A stretch of DNA of 63,321 bases from Deferribacterales bacterium (lineage in GTDB: Bacteria > Chrysiogenota > Deferribacteres > Deferribacterales > Geovibrionaceae), in contig JBFWLW010000015.1 in assembly GCA_050251945.1 (NCBI GenBank), positions 1-63,321 of the forward strand, in the 5' to 3' direction. Under the pieces are notes generated by a model. That model searched no databases. It was not told where the DNA came from and saw only the letters and a list, made by a program, of their open reading frames with translations. Made by a program: the position numbers and the translations under genes. The first letter of the stretch is position 1, and each line of letters opens with the position of its first letter. Positions 36,996 to 46,249 of this stretch are shown here, piece after piece.

Positions 36996-37820
36996 ATGAA
37001 ATATGTTGCCTACTACAGGGTATCCACAAAAAAGCAGGATTACGGTATTGATGCGCAACAGTCCGCCGTCCGTCATTATATATATAACAGAGGGGGCGAT
37101 CTGGCGGCAGAATTTTCAGAAAAGGAGTCGGGTAAAAATGCAGAGCGTCCGGAACTGAAAAAAGCGGTGGAGCTTTCCAAAAAAGAGGGTGCATCCCTAA
37201 TCATCTCAAAACTGGACAGACTTAGCCGTGAGGTTTCTTTTCTGTTCAATCTCAAGGCGGAGCTTGACAGGGCGGGAGTGCATATTGTCTGCTGTGATCT
37301 GCCTGACCTTAATACTCTTACGCTGGGTATATTCGCCACCATGGCACAGCACGAAAGGGAGCTGATCAGCAAACGGACTAAAGAGGGTCTTGCCGTGGCG
37401 AGGGAAAAAGGCAAGCGGATAGGAACGCCCGACCCTGTGCCGGACTATGTCAAGGAGCTGGGAAGAAAAGCCCAGACCAGAGCCAGCATCAAATATTATT
37501 CAAACGTGAAAGATATTATCAGAGAACTGAGGGCAGGGGGAAAAACCTATCAGAGTATCGCCGACCTTCTGAACCGGAGCGGATTCAAAACCCGTGAGGG
37601 GTTTGCCTACACGGCAGCAGGTGTCTGGCGTGTATATGGAGAGGGCGGCAGGCAGCAGCTTTTAGATGATGAAATTGTCCGTATAGTCCTTAGAATGGCA
37701 CAGCAGGACAAAACACTGACGGAAACAGCACAATTTCTCAATCTTGCCGGTTTTCGCACATCAAGAGGCAAGCTATTCAGACCTTACACCATAAGTAGAA
37801 TTATTTGCGGTATCAAGTGA
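36996..37820 (+). CDS. Serine recombinase (resolvase/invertase family)
   Basis: YYRVST..Q, ESGK..RPEL, KLDRLSR and ERELISKRTKEGL motifs. Confidence 0.92.
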   Translation: MKYVAYYRVSTKKQDYGIDAQQSAVRHYIYNRGGDLAAEFSEKESGKNAERPELKKAVELSKKEGASLIISKLDRLSREVSFLFNLKAELDRAGVHIVCCDLPDLNTLTLGIFATMAQHERELISKRTKEGLAVAREKGKRIGTPDPVPDYVKELGRKAQTRASIKYYSNVKDIIRELRAGGKTYQSIADLLNRSGFKTREGFAYTAAGVWRVYGEGGRQQLLDDEIVRIVLRMAQQDKTLTETAQFLNLAGFRTSRGKLFRPYTISRIICGIK

Positions 37821-37954
37821 ATGGATATCACCTGTGGCAACAATACTTGTGATATTGATTTTTTTGAATCAGAATACGAATCAAACTTCCTTAATACATA
37901 ATTAAGTTTTAAGCATACCTGCTGTTTTGTAAAAAAGTGTAAAAATGCTTGAAT

Positions 37955-37985
37955 ATATCGCATGCGATATTATACTGTGCGATAT
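37955..37985. promoter_or_regulatory. Candidate OhrR/MarR operator
   Basis: Perfect palindrome ATATCGCATGCGATAT plus a half-site tgcgatat upstream of gpx. Confidence 0.55.
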
Positions 37986-37997
37986 AAGGAGGACAAA

Positions 37998-38486
37998 GTG
38001 CAGTCATTTTATAATCTTTCAGCTAAAACACTTTATGGAGAGGTCATTAATTTTTCTGAGTATAAAGGGAAAACTGTTTTGGTGGTGAATACAGCGAGTA
38101 AATGCGGATTTACCCCACAATACAAGGATCTTGAGGAACTCAATAAGAAATATGCTGATAACGGTCTTGTAATCCTGGGGTTTCCATGCAATCAATTTGG
38201 CAGACAGGAACCGGGAAGCTCCAAAGATATTGAAAATACTTGCAAAATCAACTACGGAGTGACTTTCAGAATATTTGAAAAATGCGATGTCAAAGGCAGC
38301 GGGGCACACCCTGTTTTTCAATACCTTTCAAAGGCACTGCCGGGTATATTCGGGACAATGAATATAAAATGGAATTTCACAAAGTTTCTGATAACTCCGG
38401 ACGGTACGCCTATCAAACGTTTCGCACCATTGACAAATCCAAGAAAAATTGAGAAATACATTGTAAGGCTTCTAAGGCAAAAATAA
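37998..38486 (+). CDS. gpx: Cys-type glutathione peroxidase
   Basis: NTASKCGFTPQY, GFPCNQFG and KWNFTKFL motifs; SD AAGGAGG before GTG 37998. Confidence 0.92.
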   Translation: MQSFYNLSAKTLYGEVINFSEYKGKTVLVVNTASKCGFTPQYKDLEELNKKYADNGLVILGFPCNQFGRQEPGSSKDIENTCKINYGVTFRIFEKCDVKGSGAHPVFQYLSKALPGIFGTMNIKWNFTKFLITPDGTPIKRFAPLTNPRKIEKYIVRLLRQK

Positions 38487-38487
38487 A

Positions 38488-38922
38488 TTGAAAAACAGTG
38501 AATTATTAAAGCTGGATAATCAGCTTTGCTTTCCGCTTTATGCGGCAACAATGCTGGTTACAAGGCTCTACAGACCTATTTTACAACCTTTGGGACTAAC
38601 ATATACCCAGTACATAACAATGATGTACCTATGGGAAAATGCGCCCTGCCCTGTAAGCATGGTTGCAAATAAACTGATGCTTAACACTAACACACTTTCT
38701 CCCGTTCTCAAGAAGCTTGAAAAAAAAGGTTTTATATCACGTGTACGCTCCGAAGAAGACGAACGTATTGTCATTCTGGAAATGCTGCCAGAAGGACTTA
38801 AATTAAAAAATAAATGTGAATGTGTTCCTCTTAAATTAATAGAGTCAATTGATTTCTCAATGGACGATGCAGTTAAACTCAAAAAGCTTCTGTTATCTTT
38901 AATTGCGTCTTCACAAAAATAG
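38488..38922 (+). CDS. ohrR: OhrR/OspR-type MarR regulator
   Basis: LDNQLCFPLY, LTYTQY and R.RS.EDER motifs. Confidence 0.85.
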   Translation: MKNSELLKLDNQLCFPLYAATMLVTRLYRPILQPLGLTYTQYITMMYLWENAPCPVSMVANKLMLNTNTLSPVLKKLEKKGFISRVRSEEDERIVILEMLPEGLKLKNKCECVPLKLIESIDFSMDDAVKLKKLLLSLIASSQK

Positions 38923-39040
38923 GAACTATCTTTAAATTTCATGAATTGACGCACAAACATTCGACGCAGTTGTTGCGGTGAATATTATTGCTTTTGCGGC
39001 GAATAGGAGTTATATTCAATGCAAATAACGCGGTGATTAC

Positions 39041-40162
39041 ATGTGGATATACGAACATAAAAACTGGTCAGACTTCATTTGGGATATAAATACTATAGCT
39101 GATAAGCTCTCTGAAGTCAGATATAAACAGGGACGACTGCTAGGGAAAATGGAAAACCTCGGATTTGACCTTCAACGTGAGGCAAGTCTGAATACCCTAA
39201 CCCAAGACATAATAAAGTCATCCGCAATAGAAGGTGAGAACCTCAATATTAACGAAGTGCGCTCATCTATCGCCAGACGTTTGGGTTTAGACATCGGAAC
39301 ATCTATTCCAATCAGCCGTAACACAGAAGGTATGGTTGATATTATGCTGGACGTTGTTCAAGGTTTTGAAAAACCACTTACAAAAGATAGGCTTTTCAGT
39401 TGGCATTCTGCGCTATTCCCCAGCGGCAGGAGCGGGATGTACAAAATTACAGTCGGACAATGGAGAACGACTGATACAGAACATATGCAGGTAATATCCG
39501 GTGCATACGGGCATGAGATCATACATTACGTGGCTCCATCAGCCGAAAGAGTTGATAACGAAATCAAGCTATTCCTGCAATGGTTTAACAACACAAATAC
39601 AATCAACCCAGTTCTTAAAGCGGGAATTGCTCACTTCTGGTTCGTCACTATTCACCCATTTGAGGGTGGAAACGGGCGTATTGCGCGCGTAATTGCCGAC
39701 ATGGCTCTTGCCCGTGCAGATAGGATTCCACACAGATTCTATAGCATGTCCAAGCAGATAGAAGCAGAAAAAAAGGAATATTATGGCGCACTGGAACGGC
39801 AGCAAAGAGGCACACAAGATATAACCCTTTGGCTGGACTGGTTTACAGGATGCTTGGAGAGAGCCGTTGATAATTCAGATGAAATTCTGAATACTGTCCT
39901 TTACAAATCAAAACTTTGGAAAACTATAAACGAAAACCCTGTAAACGAACGCCAAAAAAAGATCATCAATATGATGCTTGAAAATGACTTTAAAGGACAC
40001 ATGAACACATCAAAATACGCAAAAATAGTTAAATGCTCCAACGATACCGCTCTTCGAGACATTCAGGAACTTAAGAACAGAGGCATCTTCATTCAGAATT
40101 CAGGCGGCGGACGAAGCACCAGTTATCATATAAGCAAAACTCCATTAGATATTAACGATTGA
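39041..40162 (+). CDS. Fic-domain protein with DUF4172 N-terminus and C-terminal HTH
   Basis: MWIYEHKNW, SSAIEGE, HPFEGGNGRIAR and TALRDI..GGGRST motifs. Confidence 0.88.
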   Translation: MWIYEHKNWSDFIWDINTIADKLSEVRYKQGRLLGKMENLGFDLQREASLNTLTQDIIKSSAIEGENLNINEVRSSIARRLGLDIGTSIPISRNTEGMVDIMLDVVQGFEKPLTKDRLFSWHSALFPSGRSGMYKITVGQWRTTDTEHMQVISGAYGHEIIHYVAPSAERVDNEIKLFLQWFNNTNTINPVLKAGIAHFWFVTIHPFEGGNGRIARVIADMALARADRIPHRFYSMSKQIEAEKKEYYGALERQQRGTQDITLWLDWFTGCLERAVDNSDEILNTVLYKSKLWKTINENPVNERQKKIINMMLENDFKGHMNTSKYAKIVKCSNDTALRDIQELKNRGIFIQNSGGGRSTSYHISKTPLDIND

Positions 40163-40170
40163 GCTGGGGA

Positions 40171-40914
40171 TTATCGGCAATTCATTAATTCATTGGCAAT
40201 CAATAACAGCTCGCGTCTGTTTTGTGCGCTGAACTTGATTTTTGCCTCATCCAGATGTGCATCTATCGTCTTAGGGCTGAGATCCAGAATATGTGCAACT
40301 TCTGTCCTGCTGTTTCCTGCGAGCATAAGAGATATCACTTCTATTTGTTTATGGGTTATTTTCAGAGATTTATTTAGCCTGCTACGAAAGAGTGTAAGGA
40401 CCGATTCTGCAATGTGGTTTCCTAATGCTCTCACTATACACATGTTCTTGAATATCTCTTTTTTATCCATTTGTTTCTTATTGATAAAGCAGAGAGTAAT
40501 ATTGAAAGATTTTCTGTGAAAACTGTAAGTGATCCCATCCACGACATTAGCGTCTCTGAAATCAGAGAATATTTTTGCTGCCGAAGGGCAATTGCAGATG
40601 AAACGATGGACATCACCCCAGTAATAAATGACCGGTTTCTGTTTAAGTACCCACCATTTCGGGTCATGTTTAAAATATTGCTGATTAAGATATAAATCCA
40701 AAAATTCAACAGGATAATCTGTTTGAAAATAGTCTAACACGCCCATGTTTGCGTAATTATTATTGTGCAATACGGCTGAAAACATATCAAACTCGAACAG
40801 TTTTTTGTAGCTTTTCACGAAATCAATATGTTCAGATTCTTCGTTTGCCATTCCTAACATGAAAATTAATTCGTTAATTCTGACCAATTCGTTCTTGTTA
40901 AATTGACTGAACAT
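40171..40914 (-). CDS. LuxR solo (autoinducer-binding domain + HTH)
   Basis: DYP.EF..Y....Y...DP, YYWG and DGIT motifs; HTH VAHILDLSPKTIDAHL; no luxI in the window. Confidence 0.8.
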   Translation of the reverse strand: MFSQFNKNELVRINELIFMLGMANEESEHIDFVKSYKKLFEFDMFSAVLHNNNYANMGVLDYFQTDYPVEFLDLYLNQQYFKHDPKWWVLKQKPVIYYWGDVHRFICNCPSAAKIFSDFRDANVVDGITYSFHRKSFNITLCFINKKQMDKKEIFKNMCIVRALGNHIAESVLTLFRSRLNKSLKITHKQIEVISLMLAGNSRTEVAHILDLSPKTIDAHLDEAKIKFSAQNRRELLLIANELMNCR

Positions 40915-41225
40915 GAAGCAACCCTCCTATCGAAGGTTTTTTATATTGCCTATTTGATCAAAAACGGGAAATAAAACGTTATTGTTATGGAGATATGCGT
41001 ATGGATTAATAATAGGTATTATTCGTATTTGTGTCAATTGACGTATTTCTGACGTTTATTTAAATAGGTCATTGCCCTACTTATTTCAGGTTTAATTTAC
41101 AGGGATTTCTGCCAGCGGTACATTTTGTTCGTTAAAGGATTTCTTCTTTAACTTTCGGGTGAGATTCTCATCCGGATTTCAGTTACGTCTTAGACACCGT
41201 AACTGTAAGAAAATAAGGAGGTTCC

Positions 41226-42668
41226 ATGCGAAAAAAGCTATGTCTGGCAGTTTATTCCTGCCTACTGTTGTTCGCATCGGTGTACAGTGCATCCGCCTTC
41301 GAGGATAGCAGCTACACCACACCGGACAACTGGCAGCAGCAGGTGACACCCGGTCAGTTCCGCCAGAGTGTCACAGGAGTTGGTCTGACGAAAGATACTA
41401 AGATGTATCTGAGTCTGACCACAAGATATCGTCTTAAATCTAATGACTACGCTGATGACCAGGATATTTACCAATATCTCCGTGTGAGTACGGATGCGGC
41501 AAAGCTTGGCACAGGTACGATCAAGTTCTCTGCATTCGGAAGGCTTGCAGACGACATTGACGGTTTTTCTGACAGGAACTGGTCAGATAACTACTATTAC
41601 AGCCAGAAGGACGGTCTTGATACCGAACTTGAAGCAAATGACTACGCACCCCGCCTCTATCATGGTTATGTCCAGTTAGATGGAGTAGTCGGACGCTCGG
41701 TTGTAAATCTCGGCAGATTCTATCTGAATCACCTTAACACCTTCCAGCTTGACGGAGCGGATGCCGCCTACAACGTGACAGATATGGTCAGCGTATATGC
41801 ATTCGGCGGTATGCCCGTAAGCTACTATTACGACGTTGACGGCAAAGACCATGTATACGGCGGGGGCGTGTCATTGAACTACAAGGACAGCACAAAAGTT
41901 GGCGCTGAATATGCCTACCTTGATGTTCAGGATATCAACGATGACTACTCAAAGGTGAGTATAGTTCAGTCCATCCCTCACGGAACGGTAGTCCTTGGAT
42001 ATTCCCATCTCAATGATGCCGGAACGTTCAATGCCAATGCCGACTTTGAAATAGTGAAGACAAAGACACTTGTCAGCCTCGGTTACGAGGGTATGTATGA
42101 CAATGTGGACTCAGATAAGACCTATGTTGTAAACCCTCTTACTTATGCACTTTTACCTCAGAGCAAGTATAACAAGTATTCTTTCGGGGCATATCAGCCC
42201 TTTCTTAAGCACTTTATAGCAGGTGTTAACTACGAAGGCAGATCTGTACAGGGAGAAGAGAGCTTCGATAACCGTAACTATAACAGATACGGGGCAAAAT
42301 TCGATATCAACGGGCTCCCTTCCGAAAATACTTACGTATCTTTCACAGTTGACAGGTGGGACATCGACAGCACATCGGAAAGCAATGACAACAGCAAGGC
42401 TGAATATGGCGTTCAGATCGGTCAGAAGATCACTGATAAGGTTGATGTTTGGTTCGGCAGTTCATTCAACAGATATGAATACGACTACAGCACTGACAAA
42501 CGTAAGGATTCTGTGCGCTCCTATTACATAGGCGGCTCCTATCAGCCCACCGAAGTTTTCAGTGTAATGGCAGATCTGAGCAGAGAGGATACAGATTTCT
42601 ATGACGACACGGACAGCGACCTTAGCGAGAGCTACAGGGCGGAGCTCTGGGTCAGTCTGGTGTTCTAG
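41226..42668 (+). CDS. Outer-membrane beta-barrel protein, putative cytochrome-conduit porin (copy 1)
   Basis: Signal peptide; Tyr/Asp-rich amphipathic strands; C-terminal LWVSLVF; paralogous to 55732-57165. Confidence 0.75.
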   Translation: MRKKLCLAVYSCLLLFASVYSASAFEDSSYTTPDNWQQQVTPGQFRQSVTGVGLTKDTKMYLSLTTRYRLKSNDYADDQDIYQYLRVSTDAAKLGTGTIKFSAFGRLADDIDGFSDRNWSDNYYYSQKDGLDTELEANDYAPRLYHGYVQLDGVVGRSVVNLGRFYLNHLNTFQLDGADAAYNVTDMVSVYAFGGMPVSYYYDVDGKDHVYGGGVSLNYKDSTKVGAEYAYLDVQDINDDYSKVSIVQSIPHGTVVLGYSHLNDAGTFNANADFEIVKTKTLVSLGYEGMYDNVDSDKTYVVNPLTYALLPQSKYNKYSFGAYQPFLKHFIAGVNYEGRSVQGEESFDNRNYNRYGAKFDINGLPSENTYVSFTVDRWDIDSTSESNDNSKAEYGVQIGQKITDKVDVWFGSSFNRYEYDYSTDKRKDSVRSYYIGGSYQPTEVFSVMADLSREDTDFYDDTDSDLSESYRAELWVSLVF

Positions 42669-42678
42669 GGAGTAATCA

Positions 42679-43137
42679 ATGAGAAAAATATTAGCACTGA
42701 TGATAATCCTTACAGTGAGCTTTGCGGCTTATGCAGTCAGCTCCAGCAAACCGGAAAGCCATGACCTTAGCTGGATGAAGCGTCACGGTGTGGCGAGCAG
42801 GGCGAACCTTAATGAATGTCTGGAGTGTCATACAGACAAGGTGTCCTGCATCAAATGCCATCAGGAAGTAGAGCCCAGAAACCATACTAACGGCTGGGTA
42901 AAGAATGGGCACGGGCTTGAGGCGAGATGGGACAGGAACAAATGCGCACCCTGTCATACAGAGGACAGCTGCATTGAGTGTCACACGCAAACACCGCCTT
43001 CGACCCACCGCCCCGGATGGGGAGGTAAGGGGCAGAGTGTGAACAGGCACTGCACCGGATGTCACTATCCTGTACAGCAGACAGGATGTTTCACTTGCCA
43101 TAAGGTTGTTCACTCAATAAATGCTTACGGTAAATAG
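42679..43137 (+). CDS. Small periplasmic hexaheme cytochrome c (copy 1)
   Basis: Signal peptide plus six CxxCH: CLECH, CIKCH, CAPCH, CIECH, CTGCH, CFTCH. Confidence 0.92.
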   Translation: MRKILALMIILTVSFAAYAVSSSKPESHDLSWMKRHGVASRANLNECLECHTDKVSCIKCHQEVEPRNHTNGWVKNGHGLEARWDRNKCAPCHTEDSCIECHTQTPPSTHRPGWGGKGQSVNRHCTGCHYPVQQTGCFTCHKVVHSINAYGK

Positions 43138-43148
43138 GAGATTTAATT

Positions 43149-46100
43149 ATGAGTATTAAAGACTTACTTCAAAATAAACATGTATCCAGACGCAGTGTGC
43201 TTAAAATAATGTCGGCGACCGTTGCAACTGCGGCATTAGCAGGTTGCGGCGGCGGCGGTTCCAATCCGAAAGAATATCAGGTTCTGGATCCTTCAGATGA
43301 CCTCGTCTATGATAAAAGCGAAAAAATAATCCATACAACAGGGTCATATAACTGCGGTTCAAGATGTCTGCATTATGTACATATCAAGAATGGAAAAGTT
43401 GTAAGAATGACATCTGCAGGTGACAAAACCAGAGGAACGAAGGCCGACAGCGAAGCAGAGTACGATAGTTCAGAGTTCGGCAAAGAACTGGAAAAACGCG
43501 CCTGTGTCCGCTGTTACGGGGGATATCAGGGGATTCTTTACCAACCAGACAGACTCAAATACCCCATGATGAGAATAGACACAGGTAAGCCTAAAGGCGA
43601 TGTAAACAACTTCAAAAGAGTGACATGGGATGAGGCGATTGAGGCAGTCGCTACAAGATTGAAAGAAGCATATGATAAATCTGCCTCTCTTGGATATGCC
43701 CCTATCGTTTCCAGGTATTTTTACAGTCTGATGATGATGACAGCTTACGGTCAGCAGTTGCCATATATAAAACTGGCTGGAAACGAGTCATACGGCGGCG
43801 CTGACCTCGGATGTTACGACACAGTTGGAAACTCTGCCAGAATCAACAGCAGGACAGACAGATATAATACTAAATTTATGCTCACATGGGCTTTGGATGT
43901 TACCAAGACCACCTATTGGCAGGTACACACCCATTTCATGAATCAGAAGATAAAAGAAAAAGCACATGGCGACATCCCTATGGTAGTTATCTCTTCAATA
44001 TATTCCGATGCGGCGGCTATGCTTACCACAGGTGTTCCCGGGTATCAGTATTCCATCAACGGGACAAACAAACAGGTTGATATCCCCGGCTGGATCGCGT
44101 GCAGACCGTCAACAGACAGTGCCTTAGCGATAGGGATGCATTATGTCATTTATAAGAATCAGAGAATGGATAATGACTTCATGCAGCAGACCACTACAGC
44201 AGACCAATCTCAACGAAAATGTTTCGGATACTGGAAAAATGACGAGGTGATCAGCCAAGCTCATGATTCCGATGGTTCAGGCACTTCAAGATTCGGTGTC
44301 AGAACGATCAACAGAGACACTATTCCTGCCTCGGCTCCTTACAACGCCACCGGAGCTGAAATCCCCAGTGAAACCATTTTGAAGGGATTGGCTTTCAAGG
44401 TGCCTGCAGGAGAATCTTTTGAAGAATATCTGTTGAGCCGTGAGGTCGAATGGGGCGGAGCAACTCCTTTAGCCGGAACAGAAACTTATAAATACAGAGA
44501 ACCTTCGACAGCTGCAACTCCGGGAGATGCAATCTATACACAGGTTCTCAGCTACATTGCATCGCTTACAGGCGTTTCTGCCGATATTATCGAAGCTCTT
44601 GCAATGAAATATTCAGAATACGCCGGACATCCTACAGATGCGGCACTTATCGAGACAGGCGGCGGCGCACAGAGGGCATGGAATGCAAGTGAATGGGTAT
44701 GGTCTCTGATAGGTCTCAGCACCGTATGCGGCTATATAAATAAGAGCGGCGGCGGAATGGCAGGGGCTTCCATGGGATTTATGCCGGAAAGCCTGTCATC
44801 TAACAGCGGAACCACCGATGTTTCATTGATAGGAGCTCTTGAAGAACCTAAAAACGGTCTGGCTCTTAACGTGGAACTCAGCGGATGGCAGAATGTCGTT
44901 ATTAACGGTAGAGACCACAGACCAGCTGATATGTTTACAAAAGACATTAATTACAGCACGGCAGGCAGGTTAACTCTCTCAGAAACCAAACCTCTTGAAG
45001 TTGATGTCATCATCCAGACCAATATTAATAATATTCAGACACACCCGAACGTGAATAAAAATATTCTTGCGGCTCAAAGTGTGTCGTCTTTTATCATAAT
45101 GGATCAGGTTATGACCCCCACAGCTCTTTTGGCAGATATCATACTGCCTGCCAGTACTCACTTTGAGAAGGAGTCATTTGTAGTTCCAACCAACACGTCA
45201 ATGATAGATTTCTACCACAGAGAGAAAGCGATAGACTTCATGTACGATACTCTGCCTGAACATGAAATTGCACAAAGGATCGTCGATAAACTCAATGAAC
45301 TGATGGGAACAGCCATCCCTGCTTATGTGTTTGCACCTTATGACACACGCTCCGAGGATGATTACAACAGCCTCCAGATCACTGATTATTACAGAGCAAA
45401 TGTGAATTCGAGTGCGACCCTGCCCTCTGCCGACGAGTTACGAGAGCTTGGTCAGTTCACTCTGCAGGTTCCCAAAAGTAATCCTTTAATACCCATGGCA
45501 GGGGATCTGATTTCCGCCGGAGATTTTGATACATCCACAGGCTTCATCAATTTTTACTCCCCTCTCAGAGCTATGCGCCCTGCAAGAGTTGTTACTGATA
45601 AAAATATATCCGGCGATACATCCGGAATATTCCCGCCTGTATATTATCCCGGTGGCTGGCGTAACGCTACATTATGCTATCAGCCTATGCTGCATGGCAG
45701 AGAGACGTATTTTGACAACGGGAACCCCATGACAGGCAACTTTACCGGATTCAAATCACCATTGAGCAGCAGAACATACAAAATGACTTATATGACCAAC
45801 AAATCGAGAAACAGAGGGCACACAGTATTCGACAGCGTCGCAGCAATCAAAGACATGTTTCCCCAGATGGCTAAAATGAATCCAGCCACGGCTGCGGAAA
45901 GAGGCATCAGTGAAGGTGATATGGTCTATGTTTACAATGACAGAGGCTGTATGAAAATTCCCGCACATCTCACACATGAGATATTGCCCGGAATTGTCAG
46001 CATTGAACATGGTGCATGGTACAGAGCCCACCCCACAGAACGGGTGCAAGTCTGGATGCAGGACGGAAGCGACCAAAGCCAGCCGGATGCTTTCAATGTA

Positions 46101-46238
46101 CGCACAGTGCCCGTGGACATAGGCGGAACTGATAATGTCCTCACAAACGATTTCTTCGGAGAAGACACCATGACCGCAGCAGGCGCTGTTCCTGCACAGT
46201 CCGGTCCTTGCGAAGTTAGCTTAACAAAACCTGAATAA
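43149..46238 (+). CDS. DmsA-like Mo-bisPGD oxidoreductase, Tat lipoprotein (copy 1)
   Basis: SRRSVLK Tat motif; LAGC lipobox; NCGSRC; DRLKYPM; ADIILPA; RGHT; C-terminal binding domain. Confidence 0.88.
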   Translation: MSIKDLLQNKHVSRRSVLKIMSATVATAALAGCGGGGSNPKEYQVLDPSDDLVYDKSEKIIHTTGSYNCGSRCLHYVHIKNGKVVRMTSAGDKTRGTKADSEAEYDSSEFGKELEKRACVRCYGGYQGILYQPDRLKYPMMRIDTGKPKGDVNNFKRVTWDEAIEAVATRLKEAYDKSASLGYAPIVSRYFYSLMMMTAYGQQLPYIKLAGNESYGGADLGCYDTVGNSARINSRTDRYNTKFMLTWALDVTKTTYWQVHTHFMNQKIKEKAHGDIPMVVISSIYSDAAAMLTTGVPGYQYSINGTNKQVDIPGWIACRPSTDSALAIGMHYVIYKNQRMDNDFMQQTTTADQSQRKCFGYWKNDEVISQAHDSDGSGTSRFGVRTINRDTIPASAPYNATGAEIPSETILKGLAFKVPAGESFEEYLLSREVEWGGATPLAGTETYKYREPSTAATPGDAIYTQVLSYIASLTGVSADIIEALAMKYSEYAGHPTDAALIETGGGAQRAWNASEWVWSLIGLSTVCGYINKSGGGMAGASMGFMPESLSSNSGTTDVSLIGALEEPKNGLALNVELSGWQNVVINGRDHRPADMFTKDINYSTAGRLTLSETKPLEVDVIIQTNINNIQTHPNVNKNILAAQSVSSFIIMDQVMTPTALLADIILPASTHFEKESFVVPTNTSMIDFYHREKAIDFMYDTLPEHEIAQRIVDKLNELMGTAIPAYVFAPYDTRSEDDYNSLQITDYYRANVNSSATLPSADELRELGQFTLQVPKSNPLIPMAGDLISAGDFDTSTGFINFYSPLRAMRPARVVTDKNISGDTSGIFPPVYYPGGWRNATLCYQPMLHGRETYFDNGNPMTGNFTGFKSPLSSRTYKMTYMTNKSRNRGHTVFDSVAAIKDMFPQMAKMNPATAAERGISEGDMVYVYNDRGCMKIPAHLTHEILPGIVSIEHGAWYRAHPTERVQVWMQDGSDQSQPDAFNVRTVPVDIGGTDNVLTNDFFGEDTMTAAGAVPAQSGPCEVSLTKPE

Positions 46239-46249
46239 CGGAGGTCAAT

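Noticed and set aside
37998..38486. Selenocysteine recoding in gpx or the molybdoenzymes
   Set aside because: The catalytic codon in gpx is TGC, and all these ORFs are full length with no in-frame TGA.
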